Shown here in pieces: positions 40,069 to 49,781 of a stretch of 64,000 nt of DNA. Below the pieces are notes generated by a model, which was given only the letters and a program-made list of their open reading frames with translations, was not told the origin of the DNA and did no database searches. Source of the DNA: an uncultured Candidatus Saccharibacteria bacterium (GTDB lineage Bacteria > Patescibacteriota > Minisyncoccia > Phycocordibacterales > DATGWK01); contig CAYHIR010000003.1 of NCBI GenBank assembly GCA_964356815.1, forward strand, positions 2,198 to 66,197, read 5' to 3'. Every line of letters starts with the position of its first letter. Within the stretch, counting starts at the first letter, position 1. A program made the position numbers and the translations under genes.

Positions 40069-40518
40069 CTATGCGGCGATTTTTACCTTGCCGCCAGCCT
40101 TCTCTATCTTAACTTTTGCCTCTGCAGATACAGCACAACCCTCAACGAGCAATTTTTTACTCAAATCGCCACTGCCGAGAATCTTAACACGAGGAAGCTG
40201 GCCGCCCATTCGGCTCACGAGCTTTTTCGCCAAAAGAGTTTGTGGAGACACTGTTTCGCCAGCAGAGAAAGAAGCCTCGAGCGCACGGAGATTTACCACC
40301 TCAGACTTAGCGCTGATGCTCTTATGGCTATTTACACCGCGGCCGCGAAGCTTTGGTAGACGCTTGATAGTATCGCGAATCTCCGGACGAAACTTGGCAC
40401 CAGCGCGAGCTTTCTGACCCTTTGTACCACGGCCAGCGGTCTTGCCGCGGCGACCGCCGCGGCCTACATATCGACCTTTCTTATTTGGAGTTTTTCTTTT
40501 TAGTGTATTGAGTTGCAT
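40069..40518 (-). CDS. rplO: 50S ribosomal protein L15
   Basis: GKTAGRGTKGQKAR, KILGSG, KIEKAGG. Confidence 0.97.
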   Translation of the reverse strand: MQLNTLKRKTPNKKGRYVGRGGRRGKTAGRGTKGQKARAGAKFRPEIRDTIKRLPKLRGRGVNSHKSISAKSEVVNLRALEASFSAGETVSPQTLLAKKLVSRMGGQLPRVKILGSGDLSKKLLVEGCAVSAEAKVKIEKAGGKVKIAA

Positions 40519-40522
40519 GTTT

Positions 40523-41197
40523 TTATTTCACCTGACTAGCAGACGGTCGGTTTGATTTTGAAAGTGTGCGAAGAGCTTCGATCGCGGCGCGAGCGTTGTT
40601 GATCTTGTTTTTGCTACCAGAGCGGATTTTTGCGCCCACGTCTTTTACGCCCGCGAGCTCTAGCACTACGCGCACAGATGAGCCGGCGACCATACCACGG
40701 CCAGGTGCTGGAATAACGAGCACACGAGAAGCAGAGTATTTTGCCTCCGACTCATGTGGCACCGAGCCGTGTTTTGTGAGAGTGACAGTCACCATATTTT
40801 TCTTGGCATCGCGCAAAGCTTTTTCGATAGCAATAGAAGTGTCGCCAGCTTTTCCCAAGCCTACACCCACCGAGCCTTTGCGATTGCCCGCAACGAGCGC
40901 CACTGAGAAGCTAAAACGACGACCTCCAGCCACCACGCGAGCTACGCGACGAATGCTAATGATCTTCTGATCAAACTCTGGCTTCACGCGGCTTTCACGG
41001 CGCTGAGGGCGACGAGGATTTTTCTTAAAATCGCCACGAGAGCGACGAGCATCTCTTTGGTCAATTTTTTGTTCGACGGCTGGCGCGACAACGGGTGCAT
41101 CGGCGACGGGCGCGGCTTCAGCCACTACTTCTACTGGCAAAGTGCCAATTATTTCAGTCGTCTCGGTCGTAGTATTTTTTGTATTTTCTGGTTCCAT
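40523..41197 (-). CDS. rpsE: 30S ribosomal protein S5
   Basis: RV..VVAGGRRFSF, G.G.GKA, VLELAGVKD. Confidence 0.97.
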   Translation of the reverse strand: MEPENTKNTTTETTEIIGTLPVEVVAEAAPVADAPVVAPAVEQKIDQRDARRSRGDFKKNPRRPQRRESRVKPEFDQKIISIRRVARVVAGGRRFSFSVALVAGNRKGSVGVGLGKAGDTSIAIEKALRDAKKNMVTVTLTKHGSVPHESEAKYSASRVLVIPAPGRGMVAGSSVRVVLELAGVKDVGAKIRSGSKNKINNARAAIEALRTLSKSNRPSASQVK

Positions 41198-41202
41198 ATT
41201 AT

Positions 41203-41553
41203 TTAAAAAGTGAGTCCGCCAGCACGAGCCGCATCAGCCAAAGCTTTGATCTTGCCTGTGTAGACGAAACCACCGCGATCGAAGACGACTGTCTTCACCT
41301 TGCCCTCCACCGCGCGCTTAGCGATGAGACCACCGAGCTCTTTGGCTTTAGCAAGCTGAGTGTCGCCCTTTACATCTTTCGTAGAAGCAGCGGCCAGTGT
41401 GCGGCCAGTGGCGTCGTTGATAACCTGAGCATAAATCTGCTTATTTGATTTGAAAACAGAAAGACGCGGGCGCTCTTCGGTGCCGATAGCTCGAGATCGA
41501 ATACGCGTATGGCGTCGATTTCGTTTTTGAATTTTTGTAGTAGAAGTACTCAT
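41203..41553 (-). CDS. rplR: 50S ribosomal protein L18
   Basis: RPRLSVFKSN, VVFDRGG, ADAARAGGL. Confidence 0.97.
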   Translation of the reverse strand: MSTSTTKIQKRNRRHTRIRSRAIGTEERPRLSVFKSNKQIYAQVINDATGRTLAAASTKDVKGDTQLAKAKELGGLIAKRAVEGKVKTVVFDRGGFVYTGKIKALADAARAGGLTF

Positions 41554-41573
41554 GGTGTTAAATTTCGCGAAAA

Positions 41574-42104
41574 TTATGTGGCTTTCTTACCCTGCTTTCG
41601 ACGGATAGTCTCGCCAGCATACGCTATTCCCTTACCTTTGTAAGGCTCTGGCTTTTTCAAAGCGCGAATAGAGGCGGCAAAGTGACCGACCAAATCTTTG
41701 TCGATACCAGAAATAGAAATTTCGTTTTTCACAACGACAACCTTCAAACCTTTTGGAATTGGTACAGAAATCTGATGAGAAAAACCAAGAGACAAAGAAA
41801 GATTTTCGCCTTTGACCTCAGACTTATATCCAATACCTTCGATGATGAGCTTTTTCTCAAAAGCTTTATTTACACCAGCGACCATGTTGCGAATGTGAGC
41901 GGCGGTTGTGCCGAGCATTGCACCAGCGGCCACCGCATCTGAAGCAGATACGACCACAGCACCGTCGGCTACCGCGACAGAAACATTTTTATTTACAGGA
42001 CGAGAAAGAGCGCCGAGAGCGCCAGTCACGGTGATCATGCCGTCAGCCAAAACAGCAGTGGTTTTGTCTGTAAGCATAATTGGTTTTTTTGCGAGTCGTG
42101 ACAT
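41574..42104 (-). CDS. rplF: 50S ribosomal protein L6
   Basis: MSRLAKKPI, LGFSH, PEPYKGKGI; start trimmed to ATG 42104. Confidence 0.97.
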   Translation of the reverse strand: MSRLAKKPIMLTDKTTAVLADGMITVTGALGALSRPVNKNVSVAVADGAVVVSASDAVAAGAMLGTTAAHIRNMVAGVNKAFEKKLIIEGIGYKSEVKGENLSLSLGFSHQISVPIPKGLKVVVVKNEISISGIDKDLVGHFAASIRALKKPEPYKGKGIAYAGETIRRKQGKKAT

Positions 42105-42136
42105 GTTTTTATTTTTATTCCGTGAGAATTTTCTGA

Positions 42137-42523
42137 TTACCAAATTTTGAAAAGCACTTCGCCGCCAACATTTGCCTTGCGAGCCTCGGCATCTGTAAGG
42201 ATGCCGCTTGGTGTAGAAAAGACGACCATTCCCCGCCCACGAAACACCGGCTTTATGTCTTTAGATTTTTCGTATATTCGGCGTGAGAGCTTGGAGATAC
42301 GCGCGGCATCGGTAATGCGAGGCTTACCTTCTCGGTATGCAAGCTCCACCTCGAGTGTCTTCACAACCTTTTTACCCTTTTTTGACACAGATTTTAGGTA
42401 GCCGTGCTTTACCAAAACATCGGCGATAGCGGCCACGACATTTGAATAAGGTACGCTTGTAGAAGCGAGGCCAGCATTGCCCGATGTCTTTATTCTATTT
42501 ATAAAATCGCCTATTGGATCCAT
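42137..42523 (-). CDS. rpsH: 30S ribosomal protein S8
   Basis: MDPIGD, RISK.SRR.Y, GGEVL..IW. Confidence 0.97.
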   Translation of the reverse strand: MDPIGDFINRIKTSGNAGLASTSVPYSNVVAAIADVLVKHGYLKSVSKKGKKVVKTLEVELAYREGKPRITDAARISKLSRRIYEKSKDIKPVFRGRGMVVFSTPSGILTDAEARKANVGGEVLFKIW

Positions 42524-42548
42524 TGTTTTTAAATTAAATTCTGACTGA

Positions 42549-42734
42549 TTACCAAGAAGACTTCTTAACGCCCGGTATCATGCCTTCGTTTGAAAGCTCA
42601 CGGAAGCAAATGCGGCAAAGATCGAACTCTCGCATATAACCTCGTTTTCGACCGCATTTGAAGCAACGGCGAACAATCCGAGTACTGTACTTCGGTGTCT
42701 TCGCGGCTCGTGCTATTACTGATGTTTTGGCCAT
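42549..42734 (-). CDS. rpsN: 30S ribosomal protein S14 (zinc-binding type)
   Basis: RC..CGR, LCRICFRE, IPGVKKSSW. Confidence 0.97.
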   Translation of the reverse strand: MAKTSVIARAAKTPKYSTRIVRRCFKCGRKRGYMREFDLCRICFRELSNEGMIPGVKKSSW

Positions 42735-42811
42735 ATTTTTGTTCTCGAGCGTCTACTTTAACCTCTAAAACGATTAGAGTCAACGAAAGGCCGGCTCGAA
42801 CCGGCCTTAAG

Positions 42812-43417
42812 CTAAGCCGCCTTTTCCTTCTTTTTCTTCGCCCGCTTTGCCCTATTGGCACCGGCGGCGACATCGGCATCTTCCTTCTTTTTAAAAGGAA
42901 AACCGAGATGATCCAAAAAGGCGCGTGCTTCGACTTTGTCTTTGGCTGTTGTGACGATAGTCACACCGAAGCCAAAAACATCTTTCAAATCTTCATCGGC
43001 TGTCTCTGGGAAAATCGTATGCTCGCGAACACCCATAGTGTAATTGCCCATTGCGTCGATAGAGCTCGCAGACAAACCACGAAAATCTTTTGTGCGTGGC
43101 AGTGCGATGTTCAAAAGACGATCGAGAAAATCAAACATTCTTGCTCCACGAAGTGTAGTTTGAAAACCCACAGGATCGCCTTCACGAACTTTGAAAGACG
43201 CGATAGAAACTTTGGCGCCTTTTTTCACTGCTTTCTGACCAGTGATTTTAGAAAGTCGACTGTCTACAATATCGAGCTTTTTCTTATCTTTGAAAGAGCC
43301 GACGCCAGCCGAAACTACGATCTTCGTGAGCTTCGGTGCTTGCATCGGATTTTTATAACCAAAAGCCGACTTTAGCGCCTCAAATGAATTTTTATTTTTT
43401 TCTCGTGTGGAAATCAT
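42812..43417 (-). CDS. rplE: 50S ribosomal protein L5
   Basis: ITGQK, FKVREG, LPR.KDFRGL, IFPE. Confidence 0.97.
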   Translation of the reverse strand: MISTREKNKNSFEALKSAFGYKNPMQAPKLTKIVVSAGVGSFKDKKKLDIVDSRLSKITGQKAVKKGAKVSIASFKVREGDPVGFQTTLRGARMFDFLDRLLNIALPRTKDFRGLSASSIDAMGNYTMGVREHTIFPETADEDLKDVFGFGVTIVTTAKDKVEARAFLDHLGFPFKKKEDADVAAGANRAKRAKKKKEKAA

Positions 43418-43426
43418 GTTGGTGAA

Positions 43427-43735
43427 TTATAGTGTCGTGCCGCTCTTTTTGCTCACTCGGCTTTTCTTGCCATCTTTGTCGCGAGTAATGCCGATGCGTG
43501 AGGGCTTGCTATTTTTTGGGTCGATAAGCATCACATTAGAGACATGGATCGGCATAGATTTGTCGATAATCTGACCCTTTGTGCCAGATTTTTGCGCTCG
43601 CTTGTGAACCTTAATGACATTTACACCAGCAATAACAACTTTGTTTTCCTTAGGAAGCGCGAGAACAACCTTGCCGGTTTTGCCTCGGCTCTTGCCTGAA
43701 ACTACTATTACATTGTCGTCTTTTCTGATTTTCAT
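43427..43735 (-). CDS. rplX: 50S ribosomal protein L24
   Basis: KOW motif, PIHVSNVM. Confidence 0.97.
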   Translation of the reverse strand: MKIRKDDNVIVVSGKSRGKTGKVVLALPKENKVVIAGVNVIKVHKRAQKSGTKGQIIDKSMPIHVSNVMLIDPKNSKPSRIGITRDKDGKKSRVSKKSGTTL

Positions 43736-43758
43736 TTTTTTATTTAAAATCGCGACTC

Positions 43759-44130
43759 TTATACAACCTCCGGCGCTTTCGAAATGATCGTTTGGAAACC
43801 TTTCTCAGCAATCTCGCGAGGAATCGGACCGAATACGCGACCAGCAATAGGCTCATCGCTCTCTTTCTCAAGGATCACTACAGCGTTTTCGTCGAAGCGA
43901 ATGTATGAGCCGTCTGCGCGGCGGAAAGGTGCTCGCTGGCGCACAACAACTGCGCGCAAAACATCTTTCTTTTTAACCGCTTTTCGAGGCTGAGCTTTTT
44001 GCACAGAAAGAATAACGATCTCACCAATGCGAGCGTATTTCTTTTTTGAGCCACCGATCACTTTGAAAATGCGTCCGATCTGACCGCCACAATTATCCGC
44101 TATTTTAACTATTGATCTTGGCTGAATCAT
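43759..44130 (-). CDS. rplN: 50S ribosomal protein L14
   Basis: MIQ...ADN.G, IRFDENA, RVFGP, APEVV. Confidence 0.98.
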   Translation of the reverse strand: MIQPRSIVKIADNCGGQIGRIFKVIGGSKKKYARIGEIVILSVQKAQPRKAVKKKDVLRAVVVRQRAPFRRADGSYIRFDENAVVILEKESDEPIAGRVFGPIPREIAEKGFQTIISKAPEVV

Positions 44131-44131
44131 T

Positions 44132-44362
44132 TTATTTTATTACCTTGAAGCGCTTATCGCGAGAAATCGGCGCGCACTCCTCTATCGTGACTGTCTCACC
44201 CATAGCTTTTGTATTGCCCGCATCGTGAGCTTTGAAACGCTTTGATGTGGAAATAAATTTTCCATATCGAGGATGCTTTGCATAACTTTTAACCAACACA
44301 ACAACCGTGTCTTTCATTTTGGTAGACACCACGACGCCAGTAAGTTGTTTTTTGGTTTTCAT
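44132..44362 (-). CDS. rpsQ: 30S ribosomal protein S17
   Basis: GVVVS.KM.DTVVV, HPRYGK, AHD, PISR.K. Confidence 0.97.
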   Translation of the reverse strand: MKTKKQLTGVVVSTKMKDTVVVLVKSYAKHPRYGKFISTSKRFKAHDAGNTKAMGETVTIEECAPISRDKRFKVIK

Positions 44363-44370
44363 AAATGTAT

Positions 44371-44553
44371 TTAAACTTTTTTGCTGTTACGCGCAGTGAG
44401 AATGCGAGCAATCTCTTTGCGAATATTTGCACCCTCCTTTACATCGCGCACCTTGCTTCCAGCTGTACCGAAGCGAAAAGCCCTTAAAGCTTTGCGTTTT
44501 TCGACCAAAATAGCGGATAGGTCGGCTTTGGTTTTGTTGGCGTATTCTTTCAT
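44371..44553 (-). CDS. rpmC: 50S ribosomal protein L29
   Basis: LR.FRF, IRKEIARILT; synteny. Confidence 0.93.
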   Translation of the reverse strand: MKEYANKTKADLSAILVEKRKALRAFRFGTAGSKVRDVKEGANIRKEIARILTARNSKKV

Positions 44554-44602
44554 AAATTTGTGATTTGTCTAGGGCGCGGTGGTTTTGGCCGCCGCGGGCC
44601 TT

Positions 44603-45025
44603 TTAGCCTTGGCGCATTACAAACTTCGACTTAAGTGGAAGCTTGGTACCGGCCTTGCGGATGGCCTCCTTTGCCGTCGGCTCATCCACGCCCTCAATTT
44701 CGAACATGATTCGACCAGCAAGCACAGGCACTTGATAGCCCTGTGGATCGCCCTTACCCTTTCCAAGCTTTACCTCGGCCGGCTTTTGAGTGTAAGGCAT
44801 GTCTGGGAAGACGCGGATCCATACACGGCCCGTTTTACCCAAAGAGCGAGAAAGGACCTTACGAGCCGCCTCAAGCTGATTTGAGCGAACACGAGCATAC
44901 GAAACCGCCTTGAGACCATATGAACCAAAGGCCAAAGAAGTACCGCGTGTAGAAACACCCACCTTTTTTGGATTCTTTCTGAAAGTGTGCCACTTTCGGT
45001 ATTTAACTTTTTTTGGAATTAACAT
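44603..45025 (-). CDS. rplP: 50S ribosomal protein L16
   Basis: MLIPKKVKYRK, QLEAAR, GKGKG, KLP. Confidence 0.97.
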   Translation of the reverse strand: MLIPKKVKYRKWHTFRKNPKKVGVSTRGTSLAFGSYGLKAVSYARVRSNQLEAARKVLSRSLGKTGRVWIRVFPDMPYTQKPAEVKLGKGKGDPQGYQVPVLAGRIMFEIEGVDEPTAKEAIRKAGTKLPLKSKFVMRQG

Positions 45026-45048
45026 GATGGTTTTTTAATCGCCGCGCA

Positions 45049-45723
45049 CTAGCTAGTTTGACCGGGCTTTTTCGCAAAAATGTCGCCTTTGTAGATCCAA
45101 ACCTTTATGCCAATGCGGCCGTAGGTCATGCGAGCTTCGTGTCGAGCAAAATCGATATCGGCGCGAAGAGTCTGAAGAGGAATTTGACCTTTTTTCTGCT
45201 TCTCCACACGGGCCATTTCTGAGCCGCCAAGACGACCAGAAAGCTCAATCTTGGCACCTTTTACTTCTTTATTGGCCAACATCTTTTCAATAGACTGCTT
45301 GGAAACGCGACGGAAAGGCAAACGCTTCTCGAGGCCGTCGGCAATCATTTGAGCCATGATGCGAGCGTTGGTTTCTGGATAACGAATTTCTTTAATATCA
45401 ATTTTCAAATCATCCTCTGTAGTGATGCCGAGTTTTTTGCTTAGTTTTAAAAGATCATTTCGAAGCTTTACTGCTCCCTCACCGCTTCGGCCAATAATAA
45501 GACCGGGGCGAGCTGTTTCGATAATTATTCGCAAAGTTTTTTGGCCGCGCTCTATTTCTACATTACTTACAAACATGCCACGAAAACGATTTTCCAAATA
45601 TGTGCGTATTAAAATGTCGCTCTTTAAAAACTTTTTGTATAAACCTTTAGGCGCAAACCAGCGAGACTTCCAGTCTCGAAGAATTCCTAAACGATGTGAA
45701 TATGGATGGACAGTGTGTGACAT
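45049..45723 (-). CDS. rpsC: 30S ribosomal protein S3
   Basis: HP..RLG...W.SRW, RPG..IG, SGRLGG.E.AR, PLQTLRADID. Confidence 0.98.
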   Translation of the reverse strand: MSHTVHPYSHRLGILRDWKSRWFAPKGLYKKFLKSDILIRTYLENRFRGMFVSNVEIERGQKTLRIIIETARPGLIIGRSGEGAVKLRNDLLKLSKKLGITTEDDLKIDIKEIRYPETNARIMAQMIADGLEKRLPFRRVSKQSIEKMLANKEVKGAKIELSGRLGGSEMARVEKQKKGQIPLQTLRADIDFARHEARMTYGRIGIKVWIYKGDIFAKKPGQTS

Positions 45724-45727
45724 GTTT

Positions 45728-46144
45728 TTATTTTTTGGCTTTGGCCGCGCGAGCTTCGCCAGCGTCTAATTTTCTCTGCGCCATTTTTGAACGCTTAGAA
45801 GCAACGACGATTGGCTTTTCTGTGAGCTCAACGATCACCTTGCTTGTGCGCTTGCGCATACGGAAAGCTCGACCGTGGGCCATCGGCAGGCTTCGGTAAA
45901 GAATGGCGCCACCGTCGACAGTAATCTTGCTGATTATAAGCTCATCAGCATTCATGCCACCGGCTTTAGCATTGGCAACAGCAGACTGAATAAGCTTTTG
46001 GATAGGCATAGCCGCCTTCTTACCAGCAAATTGAAGCGCCGCCAAAGCCCCCGGCACACGCTTCCCTCTTACCAAGCCAGCAATAAGCCGGACCTTTCGT
46101 GGCGCTTGGCGATAATTATTTAATTCGGCTTTTGCTGTGTTCAT
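45728..46144 (-). CDS. rplV: 50S ribosomal protein L22
   Basis: PRKVRL.A.LVRG, SAVANA, RKRTS. Confidence 0.97.
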   Translation of the reverse strand: MNTAKAELNNYRQAPRKVRLIAGLVRGKRVPGALAALQFAGKKAAMPIQKLIQSAVANAKAGGMNADELIISKITVDGGAILYRSLPMAHGRAFRMRKRTSKVIVELTEKPIVVASKRSKMAQRKLDAGEARAAKAKK

Positions 46145-46180
46145 TTTTTTGTATGAAAATTTTTCGTTCCGCGCCGAAAA

Positions 46181-46528
46181 TTATTTCTTTTTAGCGGCAT
46201 CTCCAGTGGCCTTAGCAGATGAAGCGGCCGCGATCTCAGCCTCCTTGGCCTTCATTTCCATTTCTTTCTGCATCTTACCTCCGTGACGGATGAATTTGCG
46301 TGTTGGTGAAAATTCGCCAAGACGATGACCGACCATGTCTTCAGTAACCAAAACCTCAATATGCTCACGGCCATTGTGCACGCCAAACTTATAGCCGACC
46401 ATTTCCGGTGCTATTTGGCTGTCGCGTGCCCATGTCTTAACAACCCCAGCTTGATCGGGCTTTTTACCCTCAATTTTCTTGAGGAGTTTTTCGTAAACGT
46501 ATGGGCCTTTTTTACTTGATCTGGTCAT
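46181..46528 (-). CDS. rpsS: 30S ribosomal protein S19
   Basis: [26 protein letters not shown]. Confidence 0.98.
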   Translation of the reverse strand: MTRSSKKGPYVYEKLLKKIEGKKPDQAGVVKTWARDSQIAPEMVGYKFGVHNGREHIEVLVTEDMVGHRLGEFSPTRKFIRHGGKMQKEMEMKAKEAEIAAASSAKATGDAAKKK

Positions 46529-46529
46529 C

Positions 46530-46644
46530 TAAATTTCTTAACAGGTTTTAAAGTGAACGGCATAAATTTCTGCTGAAATTTTGCCTCACTCTCGGCCACC
46601 TACGTGGCCTGCGAGAGTCACTTAAAAACCTGTTAAGAAATTTA
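46530..46644 (+). repeat. Structured repeat family copy 4 (inside a 27-bp inverted repeat with one mismatch)
   Basis: ACGGCATAAATTTCTGCTGAAATTTTGCCTCACTCTCGGCC..GGCCTGCGAGAGTC. Confidence 0.85.
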
Positions 46645-46681
46645 AGCGACCAAAGCGATCAAAAAAATGTAAAGGGGACTC

Positions 46682-46808
46682 AAAAACAAAAAACCTGCCC
46701 CTGTTCAAGAAGGCAGACCCGACCCCGGCTGACAATGCTAGGCGGGTTCCCTAAATGGGAACGCTATATGCGTGGATACCATGCTATCATAAGCCCAGTT
46801 TGGGTCAA
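46682..46808 (-). promoter_or_regulatory. Internal promoter and structured leader with terminator-like hairpin upstream of rpsS
   Basis: TTGACC..TGaTAGCAT; hairpins GTTCCC/GGGAAC and CTGCCT/GGGCAG followed by a T run. Confidence 0.5.
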
Positions 46809-46851
46809 GGTTTATAATTGTTTGGCTTAGTCTAATACTCTAAAAACAAGA

Positions 46852-47778
46852 ATGAATGAAAATAAATCGGGGTTTATTTCACGCTTAATAAAAGGTGTTT
46901 TGCTTGTTTCTGCGATATCGTTTGGGCTGTACGCCCTGGTTATCGTATTTTCATTCGGACCAATGCTTGTGCCTCCAAGTGTATTTAACCCAGTAAGGAA
47001 CCTTTTTTCAAAAAATTATTTAGTTGAAGGAACGCACAAACTTGAAAAAAATAACCCAAAGGAGGACATTAGTAAGGTTATTTGGATGGACGCAAACGGA
47101 CAGGCGAATACTGCTGGCTTGGAAATTAGCCGGTGTCCAATTCTAAAAAAATATCTAAATCTTTGGCCTAAACAAGCTGGAGGCACTTTCAATATAAATT
47201 TTGAAAAAAATCTTTTTGTTATAAACAATGAATTAAGCGAAACAAAAGGAGATTTTGTAATCTTTGACAACAGCTGTTCTCTTAAAAGAGAGGTTTCTAT
47301 GCCCGAAACATACTCCCAGGCAGGCCTGGAAAACCCTACTTGGATGGGGAGTGATTTGTTTTTTCAAAAATTTAGTAGGGATTCAAAGGAAAACGGAAAA
47401 TACATATATTCATATTATCTTCTTAACCCATTTGATTTTGAAACCGGAGACAAATATTTAAAACTTAGATCAGATATAGATCGACTAGAAAGCGATAACA
47501 GCGTACACAGCATAAGCGGAATAAATTTTAACCCCAACAATCCTGATTTTGCAGCCGGACAGTACTGCCTAGATTACGGAGGAGGATTTTACTCAGCTTG
47601 CTACAGAACTGTTGTCGTGGTATTTAATAAAAAAATTCCCATGGTGAAAGAGGTGTTTGCAAAAAGTGCTGGTTACTTAGACACAGGCTGGTCTAAAGAT
47701 AATCTATTTATAAGAGAGAGGAGCGATCTTTCGAACGACACGGTCCACGTCATACCAATCAAGAATATTGAGTGGTAA
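46852..47778 (+). CDS. Hypothetical AT-rich membrane-anchored exported protein inserted between rplB and rpsS
   Basis: 308-aa ORF, N-terminal TM helix, opposite strand to the operon. Confidence 0.8.
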   Translation: MNENKSGFISRLIKGVLLVSAISFGLYALVIVFSFGPMLVPPSVFNPVRNLFSKNYLVEGTHKLEKNNPKEDISKVIWMDANGQANTAGLEISRCPILKKYLNLWPKQAGGTFNINFEKNLFVINNELSETKGDFVIFDNSCSLKREVSMPETYSQAGLENPTWMGSDLFFQKFSRDSKENGKYIYSYYLLNPFDFETGDKYLKLRSDIDRLESDNSVHSISGINFNPNNPDFAAGQYCLDYGGGFYSACYRTVVVVFNKKIPMVKEVFAKSAGYLDTGWSKDNLFIRERSDLSNDTVHVIPIKNIEW

Positions 47779-47810
47779 AAGAAAGCTATTGTTGATAGAA
47801 CTAGATAGAA

Positions 47811-48656
47811 CTACTCGCGCTTTTTTCCAACACGTCGTCTCGAAACAATGAAAACATTTGAGTACTTCTTTGGAGTACGAGATTTTTGGCCTTTGCCTGT
47901 GCCTTTGCCGTGACGAGTTTTGGCACGACGAGTACCGCGACCTTGGCGACCTTCACCTCCACCGTATGGATGATCCACTGGGTTCATGGCTGTACCACGC
48001 ACTGTAGGACGAATACCGAGCCATCGATTTCTGCCGGCTTTACCGATGTTTACCAAGCGATTTTCATCGTTTGAAACTTCACCGACAGATGCCCAAGCAG
48101 TTTCGAGAATTCTTCGCACTTCAGTGGAAGGCATTTTGATATGAACGAAACCGCCGTCTTTGGCGATAACCTCAGCAAAATTGCCGGCTGAACGAGCGAT
48201 CTTTGCGCCACCGTTTGGCTTTAGCTCAACATTGTATACAAAAGTTCCAACGATAATATTTTTCAAAGGCAGACGATTGCCCGGCTTGATAGGTGCAGTT
48301 TCTGAAGCAACAACCTCATCGCCTGGACGAACACCTTTTGGCAAAAGCATGTAGCGCTTAGCGCCGTCTTTGTAGTGGACAAGACCAATGAAACCACTTC
48401 GGTTTGGATCATATTCAACTGTCTGCACGATAGCAGGCACGCCAACCTTTTCCATAGTAAAATCGATCTCGCGGAAAAGACGCTTCACGCCACCGCCCTT
48501 ATGCTGAACGGTTACACGACCGAAAGCATTGCGACCATTTGAACGACGAAAGCCGTGAGTGAGGGCTTTGTGAGGCTCAGACGCAGTCAAAAACTCCGAG
48601 TAATTGATCGAAGTCATATTTCGACGTGATGGTGTGACTGGTTTGAATCTTTTCAT
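47811..48656 (-). CDS. rplB: 50S ribosomal protein L2
   Basis: EYDPNRS, ARSAG, RPTVRG.AMNPVDHPYGGGEG. Confidence 0.98.
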   Translation of the reverse strand: MKRFKPVTPSRRNMTSINYSEFLTASEPHKALTHGFRRSNGRNAFGRVTVQHKGGGVKRLFREIDFTMEKVGVPAIVQTVEYDPNRSGFIGLVHYKDGAKRYMLLPKGVRPGDEVVASETAPIKPGNRLPLKNIIVGTFVYNVELKPNGGAKIARSAGNFAEVIAKDGGFVHIKMPSTEVRRILETAWASVGEVSNDENRLVNIGKAGRNRWLGIRPTVRGTAMNPVDHPYGGGEGRQGRGTRRAKTRHGKGTGKGQKSRTPKKYSNVFIVSRRRVGKKRE

Positions 48657-48706
48657 GTTTTTTATTTTAGATTTTTCCGGCGGGCGAAATTTTTGCCTAA
48701 TCGCGA

Positions 48707-49114
48707 TTACACGATTTCAATCTTCTCCCCCGCTTTGAGGTAGACATAGGCCTTTTTGCCGCCTTTCTTCACGCCAGCTTTGCCACGAGAGAATACCTTT
48801 TTTGCTGGCACTTGCACAACGCGGACCTTTGATGGCTTCACATTGTAGACATCTTGCACAGCTTTGGCGATAGAAATTTTTGTCGCGCTTGAGTGAACGT
48901 CGAAAGTGTAGACAGGAGCGGCTTTTCCGTCTTCACCACCTTGAGCGAGCATCGTGGCTTTTTCAGTAATTCTTGGATTCAAAAGAACGAGTGTAAAATC
49001 GCCAGCTGGATTTTTCGGGCCGGTAGAATCAGAATTTTTTAGGACAGCATTTTCTACAGGAACTTTCTTTTCCTTAGGAGCCTTTGTTTCTTTTTTTGAT
49101 TTAAATAAAGCCAT
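48707..49114 (-). CDS. rplW: 50S ribosomal protein L23
   Basis: P.ITEKA, ATK..I..AV, KKAYV.L. Confidence 0.95.
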   Translation of the reverse strand: MALFKSKKETKAPKEKKVPVENAVLKNSDSTGPKNPAGDFTLVLLNPRITEKATMLAQGGEDGKAAPVYTFDVHSSATKISIAKAVQDVYNVKPSKVRVVQVPAKKVFSRGKAGVKKGGKKAYVYLKAGEKIEIV

Positions 49115-49119
49115 GGTGA

Positions 49120-49779
49120 TTATTCGAGTTTTCTGGCAATCGCGCCGATAGAAACTTCTGGGTTCACAAAGACAATGTATTTGTAAGACATAATATCGAG
49201 TGGATTCAAATTGCGAGATTCGTCGACCAAAACATTACCGAAATTTTGGAAACTGCGCTCTAAGCCAACATCTTTTTTGTCGAGAGCGATGTAGAGAGCG
49301 TTGTTTTTCTTGATAGCATTTTTTAGAGAATCGATTTTACCCAAACTTTCAAACACGCCACGCGCTTCTTTTGTCTTTGAAGCTTTAAGTGTGAGACTGT
49401 CGAGGAAAACCACCTGTCCATCTTTAAATTTTTTAGACAAAATAGTGTAAAGAGCTTTAGCTTTCATTTTCTTGCTCACAGTGCGAGAGAAATTTTTCTC
49501 ATTGCGAGGACCATGTGTGACACCTCCACCAACCCAAATAGGTGAACGGCTAGAGCCGTGACGAGCGCGACCTGTGCCCTTTTGTTGCCACGGCTTCTTA
49601 CCTCCACCGCGCACTTCGCCACGATTTTTGGTGTGAGCCACAGGCTTGCGCATATTTGTACGAAGAGATGTGACGACCTGATGCACGAGATCTGAATTCC
49701 ACGGCAAACCAAAAACGCCTTCAGGAATTTCGATATTCCCTGCTTCGCTTCCGGTTTGTTTGTAAAGTGTGGCTTTCAT
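49120..49779 (-). CDS. rplD: 50S ribosomal protein L4
   Basis: TKNRGEVRGGGKKPW.QKGTGRARHGS. Confidence 0.98.
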   Translation of the reverse strand: MKATLYKQTGSEAGNIEIPEGVFGLPWNSDLVHQVVTSLRTNMRKPVAHTKNRGEVRGGGKKPWQQKGTGRARHGSSRSPIWVGGGVTHGPRNEKNFSRTVSKKMKAKALYTILSKKFKDGQVVFLDSLTLKASKTKEARGVFESLGKIDSLKNAIKKNNALYIALDKKDVGLERSFQNFGNVLVDESRNLNPLDIMSYKYIVFVNPEVSIGAIARKLE

Positions 49780-49781
49780 GT

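Noticed and set aside
46555-46620. Repeat core as a hammerhead ribozyme (CTGCTGA-AA)
   Set aside because: No CUGANGA-stem II-GAAA arrangement; the motif is the loop of a simple hairpin
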